From Gemmatales bacterium (lineage in GTDB: Bacteria; Planctomycetota; Planctomycetia; Gemmatales; HRBIN36), in contig JBEPZY010000004.1 in assembly GCA_041640595.1 (NCBI GenBank), positions 226,373 to 290,372 on the forward strand: a stretch of DNA of 64,000 nucleotides, given 5' to 3'. Position 1 is the stretch's first letter. Every line of letters starts with the position of its first letter. The notes beneath the pieces are model-generated. The model did no database searches. It was not told the DNA's origin and saw nothing but the letters and a program-made list of their open reading frames with translations. The position numbers and the translations under genes are program-made. Shown here in pieces: positions 30,318 to 41,166 of the stretch.

Positions 30318-30959
30318 CTATTGGGCTTCGCCCTCTTCGGCTGCGGGTTTACGACCGATGACTTCCGGTTCAGTCGGGCCAGGCAATTCTTCTGTTGGCG
30401 CCGCTTCTGCCTTCGGCAAGGCGACATGGACGACGATCGCTTCCGGGTCACCGAGGGCAACGACGCCTTCCGGCAGGCTGAGGTCGCGGATATGAATCGC
30501 CTGCCCGATCTGCAAGTCGGCTACGTTGACGCGGATCGCTTCGGGCACGTTGACAGCGAGGCACTCGATCTCCAGCGTATGCAACGGCTGCTGCAATACG
30601 CCGCCCGCCTGGACACCAGCAGGCGTACCGCGCAGCTGAATGGGCACGGTAACGCGAATGCGCTCATCGGTGCGTATCCGCACCAGGTCCACGTGCAGAA
30701 CCTCCTTGCCGAAGGCGTCCCATTGTACTTCGCGGACAAAGCATTTCTCAGCGGGACGATTTTCCACCACCAAATCGAGCACCCGGGTACCGTGGCGTAT
30801 CACCGACCACACGTCCTCTTTTTTGAGCGTGATATGAACCGGTTCCTGCTTGTGCCCGTACACAACTGCCGGCAGTTCACCGAGCCGCCGTAATTTCCTC
30901 GCCGCGTGCGAGCCTAGAGCCTGGCGCAATTTCGCATGAATCGTCATGGTCTCCAGCAT
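30318..30959 (-). CDS. rplY: 50S ribosomal protein L25/Ctc
   Basis: ARKLRRLGELPAVVYG, HVDLVR, GVQAGGVL, EPEVIGRK. Confidence 0.96.
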   Translation of the reverse strand: MLETMTIHAKLRQALGSHAARKLRRLGELPAVVYGHKQEPVHITLKKEDVWSVIRHGTRVLDLVVENRPAEKCFVREVQWDAFGKEVLHVDLVRIRTDERIRVTVPIQLRGTPAGVQAGGVLQQPLHTLEIECLAVNVPEAIRVNVADLQIGQAIHIRDLSLPEGVVALGDPEAIVVHVALPKAEAAPTEELPGPTEPEVIGRKPAAEEGEAQ

Positions 30960-31159
30960 GTTTGGCTTTCCCTCCAGTTAGCGTGGTAAACGGATATTAT
31001 CGCCCATCTGCCCCTTCCGACAAGGGCCAGCCTTGGCAATCGCAGGAACAAAAGCGCCACTCGACTGCGCCGCAGTGCAGTTGGTTTCGGCGAGTTATGA
31101 ACAATATGCCGCGGCAAATATGCGTTTCTCACCGGTGAATACGCTGTTTTTTTCCACGT

Positions 31160-32280
31160 AAACGTCAACCCGCCGTGGTTCGCAATGGAACGCACTTGCA
31201 ATGCCGAGCGACCCATGTTCGGGGAATGGCGGCGGGCGAAACAAGAGCGGTGGGCGTCAGCCCGCCGTGGATTTGCAAACCGTGCTTGCAACTGCAATGC
31301 GCTGAATTTCCGGTTTCACGTTCGCATGCGGGGTGCACTCCACGGGGGGCTTACGCCCCCGCTCCTGATTGCACAAACGTTCGCCGTTGCAGGTAGATGT
31401 TTGCGACTCGAAAAAACGTGCCGCGATTACCCACGGGGGGCTTACGCCCCCCGCTCCTGTGTTGGTGTGCGGACGTCTCCCGGCGTAACAGCGACTTTTG
31501 CGATGCACAAACGCACGTCAGCAAGAGCGGCGGGCGTTAGCCCGCCGTGGGTCGCAATGGATCGCGCCTGCAATGCCGAACGAACCATGTTCGGGCAATA
31601 GCGGCGGGCAAAACAAGAGCGGCGGGCGTCAGCCCGCCGTGCCAACGAAACGCGCACGCGACGGGGAGCGTTTTTCACCGGCTGAGTACATTCGCGCGCC
31701 ACGGCTGGCTCACGCCAGCCGCTCTTGCTGCGCGACGCGCGTTCGGTGCGAAATGCGCGATTTGCTGTGCACAAACGCACGTCAGCAAGAGCGGCGGGCG
31801 TTAGCCCGCCGTGGGTCGCAATGGAACGCGCCTGCAATGCCGAACGAAGCATGTTCGGGGAATAGCGGCGGGCAAAACAAGAGCGACGGGCGTTAGCCTG
31901 CCGTGGATTTGCAAACCGTGCTTGCAACTGCAATGCGCTGAATTTCCGGTTTCACGTTCGCCTGCGGGGTGCACTCCACGGGGGGCTTACGCCGACCGCT
32001 CCTGATTGCACAAACGTTCGCCGTCGCAGGTAGATGTTTGCGACTCGAAAAAACGTGCCGCGATTACCCACGGGGGGCTTACGCCCCCCGCTCCTGTGTT
32101 GGTGTGCGGACGTCTGCCGGCGTAACAGCGACTTTTGCGATGCACAAACGCACGTCAGCAAGAGCGGCGGGCGTTAGCCCGCCGTGGGTCGCAATGGATC
32201 GCGCCTGCAATGCCGAACGAAGCATGTTCGGGCAATAACGGCTGGCGAAACAAGACCGGTGGGCGTCAGCCCGCCGGGGA
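31160..32280. repeat. REP/REPIN-like palindrome cluster 2 with internal ~636-bp duplication
   Basis: About a dozen REP copies in both orientations; GATTTGCAAACCGTG at ~31270 and ~31906. Confidence 0.9.
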
Positions 32281-32335
32281 ACGAAAGCGGGGAGAGCAAC
32301 GGCGACGGTGAATGTTTCGGGCGAAGCGACCCTGG

Positions 32336-34462
32336 TCAATCGCCATCGCCCTCCAGACCGAGCAGCTGGCGGAGCACTTCCGGCGGAGCAGGGGCATAGC
32401 GATACGGTTCCAGCGTATAGGAAGCCCGTCCTTGCGTGAGGCTGCGGACAGTATCGGCGTAATCGAACATGCGAGCCAGCGGCACATAGGCCTCGATCAC
32501 CCGCAGATTGCCGCGAACATGGATTTGCTGAATCTCGGCTCGTCGCGCATTCAAGTCCGCCGTCACCGGCCCGAGGTATTGTTCCGGCACGGTTACTTCC
32601 AGCCGCATCACGGGCTCGAGCAGCACGACGTTATTTTTCAGAGCTTTGCTGACGGCATCGGCAGCGGCGACCTGAAAGGCAAGTTCGTTGGAATCGGTGG
32701 GATGAGTCTGGGCGGACAGCAGGGTCACTTTCACGTCAATCACCGGATATCCGGTCTCCCCCGACTGCAAGGCGCCGCGAATCGCCTGCTCGATGGCCGA
32801 CACCCATGCCGGGGGCAGGATTTCCGGTGGCACGAGGTTGACAAAAGTTACCGGCTCACGACTGTGTTCGTGCTCGAATTGCACCTCCAGGCGGGCGAAG
32901 AGTGATTGCGCGGCTGTCTGGCGGATACATTCTCCCCACACCCGAACCGGTCGGGCTATGGTCTCGCGATAGCTGACCCGGGGCTTGCCGACTCGCACTT
33001 TCAACCGGAAATCTTCGCGGATCCGATGCAGCTTGATCTCCAGATGCAACACACCCATGCCATTCATCAGTGTCTGGCCCGTTTCCCGATCCACACTCCA
33101 GCGGAAGGTCGGGTCCTCACGGGCAAGTATGGTGAGCACCTGTTCCAGTCGCTCTTTATCAGCGGAAGATTCCGGCTCGATCGCCATGCTCACCACCGTC
33201 TCGGCAAACTGAATGGACTCCAGCAAAATGGGATGCTGCGGATCGCATAAGGTGTCGCCGGTGATGCTCACTTTCGGCCCGATGGCGGCCACGATGTCAC
33301 CCGCGTAGGCAATTTCGACCGGTTCTTTGTTGGATGGGTCGGCGTGGACGTGGTACAGCTTCGTCAGAAACTCCCGCGCCTCCTTGCCCGGATTGAGTAC
33401 GCGGCTGTTGGCTTTCACCGTACCGGAATAGATGCGCAGATAAAACAACTCGCCATGCGGGTCAGCCTGGATTTTGAAGACCAGAGCCGCGAACGGTTCG
33501 TCCGGGTCTGGTTTGCGGATTTCGACCTTGTCGCGCTTTTTCGGGTGTACACCTTGCACAGGCGGTCGGTCGAGCGGACTGGGCAGATACCAGCAGATAC
33601 CGTCCAGCAACGGTTGAATGCCGATGTGTTCCCGTCCGGAACCGCAAAAGACCGGCTGAATTTCGTTGGCAAGTGTCCGTCGCCGGACCAGCTTCTGCAT
33701 CGCCTCCACCGCCAGCGTCTTTCCTTCCAGATAGGCGCTGGTAATCCAGTCTTCGGTGTCGGCTTCGGTGAGCACGTCTATCAAATGTTCGCGCCAGTTC
33801 CTGGCCACCTCTTCCAGAGCCGGGGGTATGGGTTCTCGCACTACGATTTTGCCATCGGGACGGTTGGGATCACTGGAGCGGAAATAGACCGCCTCCATGG
33901 TCAACAGGTCAATGACGCCTCGAAACGGCGTGGCGCTTTCCTTCACCGAACCGCTGCCAATGGGAATCGTCAACGGAACCGGGCGTCCTTCTAAGCGCTC
34001 GCGGATTTCCCGAAGGACATTGTCGAAGTCAGCGCCGACGATGTCCATTTTGTTGACGAAAACCAAACGCGGCACCTGGTACTTATTCGCCTGCCGCCAC
34101 ACCGTTTCCGACTGGGCCTCAACTCCCTTCTGCGCATCAAAGACCACCACACATCCATCCAGCACCCGCAGCGACCGTTCCACTTCCGCTGTGAAATCCA
34201 CGTGTCCCGGCGTGTCAATGAGATTGATAATGCAATCCTGCCAGCGAAACGGCACGCAGGCACTCTGGATGGTTATACCCTTTTCCTTTTCCAGCTCCAT
34301 CCAGTCGGTGTCGGTAGTCCCTTCATCCACACTGCCCAGACGATGGATCGCCCCGGCATAGTAAAGCAGGTGTTCGGTGGTCGTCGTCTTGCCGGCGTCA
34401 ATGTGGGCGATGATACCCAGATTGCGGAATTTGCTGATATCCGGTTTACGTTCTGCTGGCAT
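32336..34462 (-). CDS. fusA: Elongation factor G paralogue
   Basis: RNLGIIAHIDAGKTTTTE, GITI, DTPGHVDF, NKMD, GMGVLHLE, LLEPVM; ATG 34462. Confidence 0.92.
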   Translation of the reverse strand: MPAERKPDISKFRNLGIIAHIDAGKTTTTEHLLYYAGAIHRLGSVDEGTTDTDWMELEKEKGITIQSACVPFRWQDCIINLIDTPGHVDFTAEVERSLRVLDGCVVVFDAQKGVEAQSETVWRQANKYQVPRLVFVNKMDIVGADFDNVLREIRERLEGRPVPLTIPIGSGSVKESATPFRGVIDLLTMEAVYFRSSDPNRPDGKIVVREPIPPALEEVARNWREHLIDVLTEADTEDWITSAYLEGKTLAVEAMQKLVRRRTLANEIQPVFCGSGREHIGIQPLLDGICWYLPSPLDRPPVQGVHPKKRDKVEIRKPDPDEPFAALVFKIQADPHGELFYLRIYSGTVKANSRVLNPGKEAREFLTKLYHVHADPSNKEPVEIAYAGDIVAAIGPKVSITGDTLCDPQHPILLESIQFAETVVSMAIEPESSADKERLEQVLTILAREDPTFRWSVDRETGQTLMNGMGVLHLEIKLHRIREDFRLKVRVGKPRVSYRETIARPVRVWGECIRQTAAQSLFARLEVQFEHEHSREPVTFVNLVPPEILPPAWVSAIEQAIRGALQSGETGYPVIDVKVTLLSAQTHPTDSNELAFQVAAADAVSKALKNNVVLLEPVMRLEVTVPEQYLGPVTADLNARRAEIQQIHVRGNLRVIEAYVPLARMFDYADTVRSLTQGRASYTLEPYRYAPAPPEVLRQLLGLEGDGD

Positions 34463-34557
34463 ACTGGTATTCCCGTGGCTACGAAGGTGTTGCAAACAAT
34501 CGTATGGGAAAATCGCCCGGTCGGCGCTCTCCGTGACGGCTTCGCCGACGGCACGAC

Positions 34558-35832
34558 TCAGGGCGAACCCGCCGGCTGGCCGACCAGAAGCGGGCCCGCC
34601 TCCAGTACCACGAACGGTAACGCCGAAGACGGGCATTGCCCCATCGCCAGGTACAACCGCAACACCGACGGTTCGAACACCATGGTTTGCATGGTAAACT
34701 TTCCCTGATTGGCTCGATGCAGGGCTTGCTGAACCGCCTCTAGACTCACTTTCGGCGTATTGCCCAGCTCCAGCAACGCCGCCAAACGCGGCTCCGTTTG
34801 GTTGAAATTACCGTTAGTCCGCACCGCCAGACCCTCGGACAGGAAATGATTGGTGCAGGCGCATAGACCGTTTTCTAGTGTACGCATGACCACTTTCTTC
34901 GGGGTCACCTCCAGAACTCCACCGGTTTCTCGATCACACACGGCCAGGTTATAGTAACAGGTGCGCGGCAGGGAACTAATGAGCCTTTTTGCCTCGGCCA
35001 CAGTCCGGCATTCTTCCAGGATATGTCGCAGACATATAGCATACGGAATCCCTCGCGGATTAAAGGAAGGAGAGTCGTCGCCTGACTCATAAACCTCCAG
35101 CATGGCCACGCACAAACCGTGCTCGTTCATTCCCGACAACACCCCTACTAAACCCGGGAAACCAACCGCTACAAAGGCAAACTTTCCTTGGGGCTTATAG
35201 ACCATTATCAGGCTGTAATGATGCAGGTAGCCGAGAGTGGGAAAATCAAGGTTACGTCCCAGTATAGGCCCGCGAAGGTTCTTTTGAGGATCCTGCACCC
35301 GTTCGTGGCTTAGCACCACCGCCGAACAATGGACAACGCGCTTGATGTCAAATAAAGTGTTCCCGGCCAGCAGGCTATCGTGCCATTTTTCTGGCAAGGC
35401 CTGCCGCAGAGCTTGATATTCCCGCTTATAGCGTTCCGGAAGGTTGTTGATAAGCCTTTCCCCGGCCGCGAGTGTGTTGCGCCACAAGCGTTCTTTCACA
35501 GAATCGCCAAACCAGTCGGGCGTGACTGCGAAGAACAGTTCGCGCGGATAACGAGCTAATGCCTCGGCATGCTGCACGGCCAAACGGGCTACCGTAGTAC
35601 CTATCTGCTCCGGTGTACCTTCCACTTGCAGTACGGGCAGGTTATTTATATAGCGTAGCCGGCCGTGAGGTGCTTCCCCCGCGGGGTACCGGAAACCATT
35701 ATTCCCTATCCCCGCCACAAGCCATAAGCCAACCGCTGGGGAAATGATGAGCATTGCACCCAGCAGCCATTTTATGCATCTGGACCACGTTGCGGAAGGG
35801 TTCATTCTTACGAGCCAGTTGGCGATCTTCAT
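34558..35832 (-). CDS. C45-family Ntn-hydrolase/peptidase, membrane anchored
   Basis: H-CSAVV nucleophile site, GRNLDF, LSGMNEHGL, CTNHF; start ATG 35832. Confidence 0.85.
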   Translation of the reverse strand: MKIANWLVRMNPSATWSRCIKWLLGAMLIISPAVGLWLVAGIGNNGFRYPAGEAPHGRLRYINNLPVLQVEGTPEQIGTTVARLAVQHAEALARYPRELFFAVTPDWFGDSVKERLWRNTLAAGERLINNLPERYKREYQALRQALPEKWHDSLLAGNTLFDIKRVVHCSAVVLSHERVQDPQKNLRGPILGRNLDFPTLGYLHHYSLIMVYKPQGKFAFVAVGFPGLVGVLSGMNEHGLCVAMLEVYESGDDSPSFNPRGIPYAICLRHILEECRTVAEAKRLISSLPRTCYYNLAVCDRETGGVLEVTPKKVVMRTLENGLCACTNHFLSEGLAVRTNGNFNQTEPRLAALLELGNTPKVSLEAVQQALHRANQGKFTMQTMVFEPSVLRLYLAMGQCPSSALPFVVLEAGPLLVGQPAGSP

Positions 35833-35834
35833 AG

Positions 35835-37502
35835 CTATATCCCAGTCGGTTTCCGCATACGAGACACGAAACGCCACAGATAATATACGGGGACGCCGGT
35901 CAGGACAATAAAAAGTCCCGGCCAGGTATAGTTCGGTCGAACTATAAGCAGGTCCAGCATAATCAAGGTGCAACAGCTAATATAGAATAGCGGCAGAAGA
36001 GGATAGCCAGGCACCTGAAAAACAGGCGGATCGGGATGCTTGCGGCGAATCACGAATAAACCTGCTACAGTCAGGGCATAAAAGAACAAGACCGCGAAAA
36101 TTACGAAGTCCAGCAACTCACTATAGGTGCCAGAGAATACTAATAACGCCGACCAGATTCCCTGCAAAATCAAACCAGCGGCTGGTACGCCGCGACGGTT
36201 GAGTTGACCGGCCACCGAGAAAAACAGGCCGTCTCTTGCCATGGCATAATACAGTCGGGCGCCCATCAAGGTCATGCCATTCACGCAACCGAACGTGGAA
36301 ATCATAATGGCGATGGCCATAAACGCAACACCAAAGCGTGGGGCGACCCGCTCCAGTACGGCTGTGCCCACGCGATCATCGAGGACACGGGCCAGCCCAC
36401 GCTGATACGGCGTGGCTTCTTTCCAGCGCTGTTCTAACTGGCGTTGCAAAGCGTGAGCTTCGTGGGACTGGCCTGCCGCGGTCAATTCAGCGATTTTTTG
36501 CTGGGTGGTGCGAATATAGTTTTCCAATTCGGCATCTGCCTGCACCGGCAAGGCCAGCAGATAGACGATGTTAGTCAAAATATAGATCACCATGACGAAA
36601 CCCACGCCGCTTAGCAAACTCCGCGGTAAGGTGCGCTGCGGTTCCTGTACTTCCAGGGCAGTAAAGGTGATGTTATTCCAGGCATCCGCGGCAAAAAGAG
36701 CTCCTACCATCGCACCGAGCACGACCATAAGGGCTGCCAAACTCTGCCACGGAATCAAGCCCGCCAGTTCCTGAAAACGGGGTGTCTGATAAATGCCAGA
36801 CCACAAATCACCGAAATTGGCCTGGATAGCCCGCAGATCGGGAGCGAGGGTCAGGCCAATTGCGATCAGCAGGATCAGCGCTGCCACCTTGGAGACGGTG
36901 AAAATATTTTGCACCCATTTTCCTTCGCGTACCCCTAAACAATTGATAGCCGTCAACACAGCAATTACCGCTACCGCGACGGCGTGTCCGGCGGTGATGG
37001 AATAGCGTTGTTTTTGCCAGATTACCCAGGGGGTTTCGCGCCAGGGTAAGGGGATTGCCAGAGAACGGTTAAAGTCCGGCCAATCGTAGAAAGTATAGGC
37101 TCCGGCGTCGGGATCCATTCCCAGTGCAGGGACTAATACGCCCAGGAATTTCGCAAAGGCGACCGCAACCGCTGCTATCGAGCCGGTCTGGATCACTAAA
37201 AAGCAAGTCCATCCATATAGAAAGCCGCACAAAGGATTCCACGCTTCGCGTAAATAGACATACTGACCGCCTGCCCAGGGAAGGCGAGCGGACAACTCGG
37301 CATAACAGGTGGCCCCTAACAGGGTCATCATGGCCGTGAGCAACCAGACCACTAATAGCCACCCGGCCGAACCGACATCGCGGGCTATGTCTGCCGAGAC
37401 AATGAATATCCCCGAGCCGATCATCGTACCGATGACCAGCAAGGTGGCATCCAACCAGTTGAGCTGGCGACGGAATCCGGTCTCCTGAACGACCGTGCTC
37501 AT
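35835..37502 (-). CDS. APC-family amino acid permease
   Basis: GTMIGSGIF, YAEL, AGGQYVYLREA, AMARDGLF; many TM helices. Confidence 0.95.
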   Translation of the reverse strand: MSTVVQETGFRRQLNWLDATLLVIGTMIGSGIFIVSADIARDVGSAGWLLVVWLLTAMMTLLGATCYAELSARLPWAGGQYVYLREAWNPLCGFLYGWTCFLVIQTGSIAAVAVAFAKFLGVLVPALGMDPDAGAYTFYDWPDFNRSLAIPLPWRETPWVIWQKQRYSITAGHAVAVAVIAVLTAINCLGVREGKWVQNIFTVSKVAALILLIAIGLTLAPDLRAIQANFGDLWSGIYQTPRFQELAGLIPWQSLAALMVVLGAMVGALFAADAWNNITFTALEVQEPQRTLPRSLLSGVGFVMVIYILTNIVYLLALPVQADAELENYIRTTQQKIAELTAAGQSHEAHALQRQLEQRWKEATPYQRGLARVLDDRVGTAVLERVAPRFGVAFMAIAIMISTFGCVNGMTLMGARLYYAMARDGLFFSVAGQLNRRGVPAAGLILQGIWSALLVFSGTYSELLDFVIFAVLFFYALTVAGLFVIRRKHPDPPVFQVPGYPLLPLFYISCCTLIMLDLLIVRPNYTWPGLFIVLTGVPVYYLWRFVSRMRKPTGI

Positions 37503-37619
37503 ATCAAGGTCGTAGCCCGAATATAGGTCTATACCTGATCGCAGAAGACTTAGAGCTAAGCAGCAAGAGTCAACTCTAAGCGCCAGGCCGAGAATAGCGG
37601 TCGTGGCAGGCCTGTTCGA

Positions 37620-38723
37620 TTATGGTTTGGCCTTCGGCAATTCGGCCAGGCGAATGTTGCGAAAGCTCAGGTTTGTCGTGGGATCATGCCCTTGTAAGCT
37701 GATTGGTCCCGGGGTGAGTTTGGCTCCCTTGCGCGCGTTATCACTGGGCGGTCGGGCATCGGTGAAATCCACGGTCTGGTAGCCGTTCACCCAGATAGCA
37801 ATATGCCGGCCGCGGGCGACGACGGTCACGGTGAACCATTCGTTATCATCCGAGACGACGCGACGGGCCGCCTGCAGGTTATATAGTCCGCCCGTGCCGA
37901 AATCCACGGGCTGGCTGCGATCCTCGCCCTTCCACTGGTTGCGCACCTGAGCCTCGTATCCGCTCCAGAACTCACCGGGAACACACCGGAAGAAGACGCC
38001 GCTATTGAGATGCTTTCCGTGCGAAAAAATCTCCAGTTGCAGGACGAAATCGTCCCACTGGCCGACCGTCTGGATGTCGCCGGGCCCATTCTGGATATTG
38101 AGTTCTCCCTTGTCGGTCACGGTGAATTTGGACTTTTTGCCTGGGATTTCTTTCCAGCCATCGAGATTTTTGCCGTTGAAGATAGGTTTGAGACCGGTGG
38201 GCCGAAATTTGACCGAGTGTAACACAAGCTGGTGGTTGTCAGCAACGGAGAAAATGACACGAACGGCAGTGGCCTGCTCGGGAGGAGCAAGCGAACCGGT
38301 ACGCTGTTGCATTTTCGGGTCGGTAATACGCCAGGCGGTGGGTTTGCCGCCGGTCAGGGTGACCTGCAAGCTGTAAACGCCGTCGAGAGCAGCGTCGCCG
38401 GCCAGCGGAATGCCGACGTTGCCGAGCTGCAGTTGCGGACTGGTACCGATGAGTTGATATTGAGCATGCAATTCGCCGTCAGCCCAATCGGTAGTGGAAG
38501 TGATCCGCGAAGCTTTATTGCCGCCGACGATAAGCCGACCGCCGTTGACCACCACATCGCCTTCGCTTTGCCAGCCAAAAGTGGTTTCGCCATCGAAAAG
38601 CAACAACCAGCCGGCTTGGATCTCCTGGGGACTGAGTCGTTTGGCCAGGCTGGGATCGATCGCCCACAGGCTGGCTGCTGTTACACCCATAAGACCGGCC
38701 AAGATCAAAATGCTGCGTCGCAT
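37620..38723 (-). CDS. DUF1080 (3-keto-disaccharide hydrolase-like) secreted protein
   Basis: Signal peptide; GWLLLFDGETTFGW, FNGKNLDGW, NSGVFFR, GPISLQGHDP, FRNIR. Confidence 0.92.
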   Translation of the reverse strand: MRRSILILAGLMGVTAASLWAIDPSLAKRLSPQEIQAGWLLLFDGETTFGWQSEGDVVVNGGRLIVGGNKASRITSTTDWADGELHAQYQLIGTSPQLQLGNVGIPLAGDAALDGVYSLQVTLTGGKPTAWRITDPKMQQRTGSLAPPEQATAVRVIFSVADNHQLVLHSVKFRPTGLKPIFNGKNLDGWKEIPGKKSKFTVTDKGELNIQNGPGDIQTVGQWDDFVLQLEIFSHGKHLNSGVFFRCVPGEFWSGYEAQVRNQWKGEDRSQPVDFGTGGLYNLQAARRVVSDDNEWFTVTVVARGRHIAIWVNGYQTVDFTDARPPSDNARKGAKLTPGPISLQGHDPTTNLSFRNIRLAELPKAKP

Positions 38724-38970
38724 GGGAGTCCTCCGCGAGAAGGTATCTGATGCTGTCGGCGATAGTTACGCAGGCAGTTTACACCAAGCACCGCCGCTTG
38801 CCAACGGGGCTTCCCAGAAATCTCCACCAACGGCAGAGCGGGATTGGGTTCGGCCAGGACAACGCATCGGAGCCGTCAGGACGGTAACGGCGACTTACTG
38901 CCGGGCGCGATTGCTTGTCGCCGGGATACAATTTGGCGATGATTTCCAGACGATCAGGCTGGAGCAAGCC

Positions 38971-39921
38971 ATGTCGCTGAGCGAATCGGCTGCTGTCGTG
39001 TGCGGAGCATTTGGTCGCGGTCGGGCTATCCTGGCCATTGCGGAAGTGGCGTTGCGACTGGTGTTCCGGCGAAAGGTGTTCTGGGTGTTTTACGCATTAG
39101 CAGCCTGCCATTTCCTGTCCTATTTTTTCGGCGTGTACCTGACCACGCAGCTGCGGGAAGCGGTAAGGCAACAGCAGGCCCAGATTCGTGTTCTTCCGTT
39201 CATGCGTGCAGCGAATCCGGGGCAGATGTTGCAGGTTTTCATCGGTCGGCTGGGGTTTGACGGTCGGCCGGCAATGTACCGCAACTTCGTCTGGTTACAG
39301 GGCTGGATCGTGGTCGTTGTGCTGGCACTGGCCGGGGCACTGCTGATCGGCCAGGATTACCAGAGCGGCGCGGTAACGTTTTACCTGGCCAAAGCCATTA
39401 CTCCGACCGATTATGTTCTGGGCAAACTGTCGGCCATAGCGGCGGTTTTGCTGGCGACGACGGTGATTCCTGCTCTGGGCGTGTATGTGCAATACGGCAT
39501 GTTCGAGGGCCCGGAGTATTTTGTCGAGCAATGGCGGGTGCCGATCGGTGTTCTTGGTTACGGACTGGTGCTGACAGCGGTGCTGGGTTTGCTAGTGCTG
39601 GCGACCGCCGCTTGGCTACGAAAAACGGTGCCGATGGTCATGGTCTGGCTGGGCATGCTGGTTTTCACCCGCACCTGGAGTCGAGTCCTCGTGGACGTTA
39701 TGGACCTTTCGCCGCGCTGGCGGTTGCTGGATCTGTGGAATGACCTGTACGTGGTGGGCTCGCGGTGTCTCGGAGTGGCAGCGACGTTGCCGGGCCGCAG
39801 ACCTAATCGCTCCGCATTGCAGCCGGACTGGGCAGAGGCGTTCCTGGTGCTGGTAAGCGTGTGCGTGTTTTCCTGGTGGTACGTGCAGCGAAAATTGCGG
39901 GCGGTGGATATCGTCGCGTGA
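38971..39921 (+). CDS. ABC-2-type transporter permease
   Basis: About 6 TM helices; GALLIGQDYQSGAVTFYLAKAIT..DYVLGK; adjacent ATPase. Confidence 0.85.
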   Translation: MSLSESAAVVCGAFGRGRAILAIAEVALRLVFRRKVFWVFYALAACHFLSYFFGVYLTTQLREAVRQQQAQIRVLPFMRAANPGQMLQVFIGRLGFDGRPAMYRNFVWLQGWIVVVVLALAGALLIGQDYQSGAVTFYLAKAITPTDYVLGKLSAIAAVLLATTVIPALGVYVQYGMFEGPEYFVEQWRVPIGVLGYGLVLTAVLGLLVLATAAWLRKTVPMVMVWLGMLVFTRTWSRVLVDVMDLSPRWRLLDLWNDLYVVGSRCLGVAATLPGRRPNRSALQPDWAEAFLVLVSVCVFSWWYVQRKLRAVDIVA

Positions 39922-39934
39922 TAGCGGGTGGCTC

Positions 39935-40876
39935 ATGGCACTCGTGGAATGGCGGGCGGTCACGAAGTGGTACGGACCGGTGCTGGCTCTGGATCAAGTC
40001 AGCCTTCGGCTGGGGCCAGGAATTACCGGACTGGTGGGGCCGAACGGCTCGGGCAAAACGACGTTGCTGCGTCTGGCCACCGGCCTGGCTCGACCAGATA
40101 GCGGCTCGGTCTGGGTAGCCGGTCTGCCGGCTGCGACTGCTCAGGCTCGGCGATATGTCGGTTATGTGCCCGAGATGGATGCTCTACCTCAGGATTGCAC
40201 GGGCCGGGAATTTTTGCGTATCCTGGCCGGTCTGAGCAGCAGAACTGCAGCAAGTCAGGTGGAAAAATGGTTGACCACGCTGGACCTGACTGCGGTAGCT
40301 GACCGGCGCATTGGCAGTTACTCGAAAGGGATGCGGCAACGGTTGAAACTCGCCCAGGCACTGCTGCACGAACCCCGTGTGCTGTTATGCGATGAACCGT
40401 TCAACGGCGTGGATGCTTCCGCTCGTCAGCAATTGCAGGCGTTATTTCGCCAGCTTGCCGGCCAGGGTCGAGCGGTGGTGCTTTCCAGCCACCAGCTGGA
40501 CGAACTGGAACGGTTGGCGGATCAACTGGTCATTCTGGGGCATGGCCGAGTTCTGGCGCAGGGAAGCTTGGCGGAGACACGGGCTTGCCTGGAAGCGTAT
40601 CCGTTGCGGGTGCAAATTGACACGCCCCAACCGCGGCAACTGGCGGGCTGGCTCTTGCAGTTACCCATGGTGCAAAGCGTCGAGCTAGCTGGAACCGCCA
40701 CTTTGCAAGTGCGGATTCGCCAACCGCAACAGTTTTTCCGCGACCTGCAACATCTCGTCCTGGCAAAATCGTGCGAGGTGAACGGACTGCAAATTCTCGA
40801 CGCTTCCGCCGAAGCCGTGCTCCAGTACCTCCTGGCTGATCGAATCGGCAAGACAGGCAACTGGCAGAAACAGTAA
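39935..40876 (+). CDS. ABC transporter ATP-binding protein
   Basis: GPNGSGKT, YSKGMRQR, LLCDEP, SSH. Confidence 0.95.
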   Translation: MALVEWRAVTKWYGPVLALDQVSLRLGPGITGLVGPNGSGKTTLLRLATGLARPDSGSVWVAGLPAATAQARRYVGYVPEMDALPQDCTGREFLRILAGLSSRTAASQVEKWLTTLDLTAVADRRIGSYSKGMRQRLKLAQALLHEPRVLLCDEPFNGVDASARQQLQALFRQLAGQGRAVVLSSHQLDELERLADQLVILGHGRVLAQGSLAETRACLEAYPLRVQIDTPQPRQLAGWLLQLPMVQSVELAGTATLQVRIRQPQQFFRDLQHLVLAKSCEVNGLQILDASAEAVLQYLLADRIGKTGNWQKQ

Positions 40877-41166
40877 CGAAGGTAACGAAAACACGGCCAG
40901 GACACGGCCGTTCGCTGGTCGCGCTTGGCCGGTTCGCAGTTTCCTACCGCGATTCGCAGCCGATAGGCGGATAAAGGCGGCAGTAATGTCGCTTTCTGAG
41001 CGTGGTCAACGCAACCCGACCGGACGTTGGTGGCCGCAATATGCCCTTGACCTGATGAAACGCGGGACAGCTAACGATGCGGGGCAACTCAATAGCCGGA
41101 GCGCGATGGACTCGGTTTGGCCCAATACCGATACCGGAAACAAAACGTGTAGATTCCGCGACAGCG

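Noticed and set aside
30944..32339. Many short ORFs in REP clusters (also 23.6-24.2 kb and 57 kb)
   Set aside because: Translations (AAGVSPPW, HGGLTP) are just the REP palindrome read in different frames
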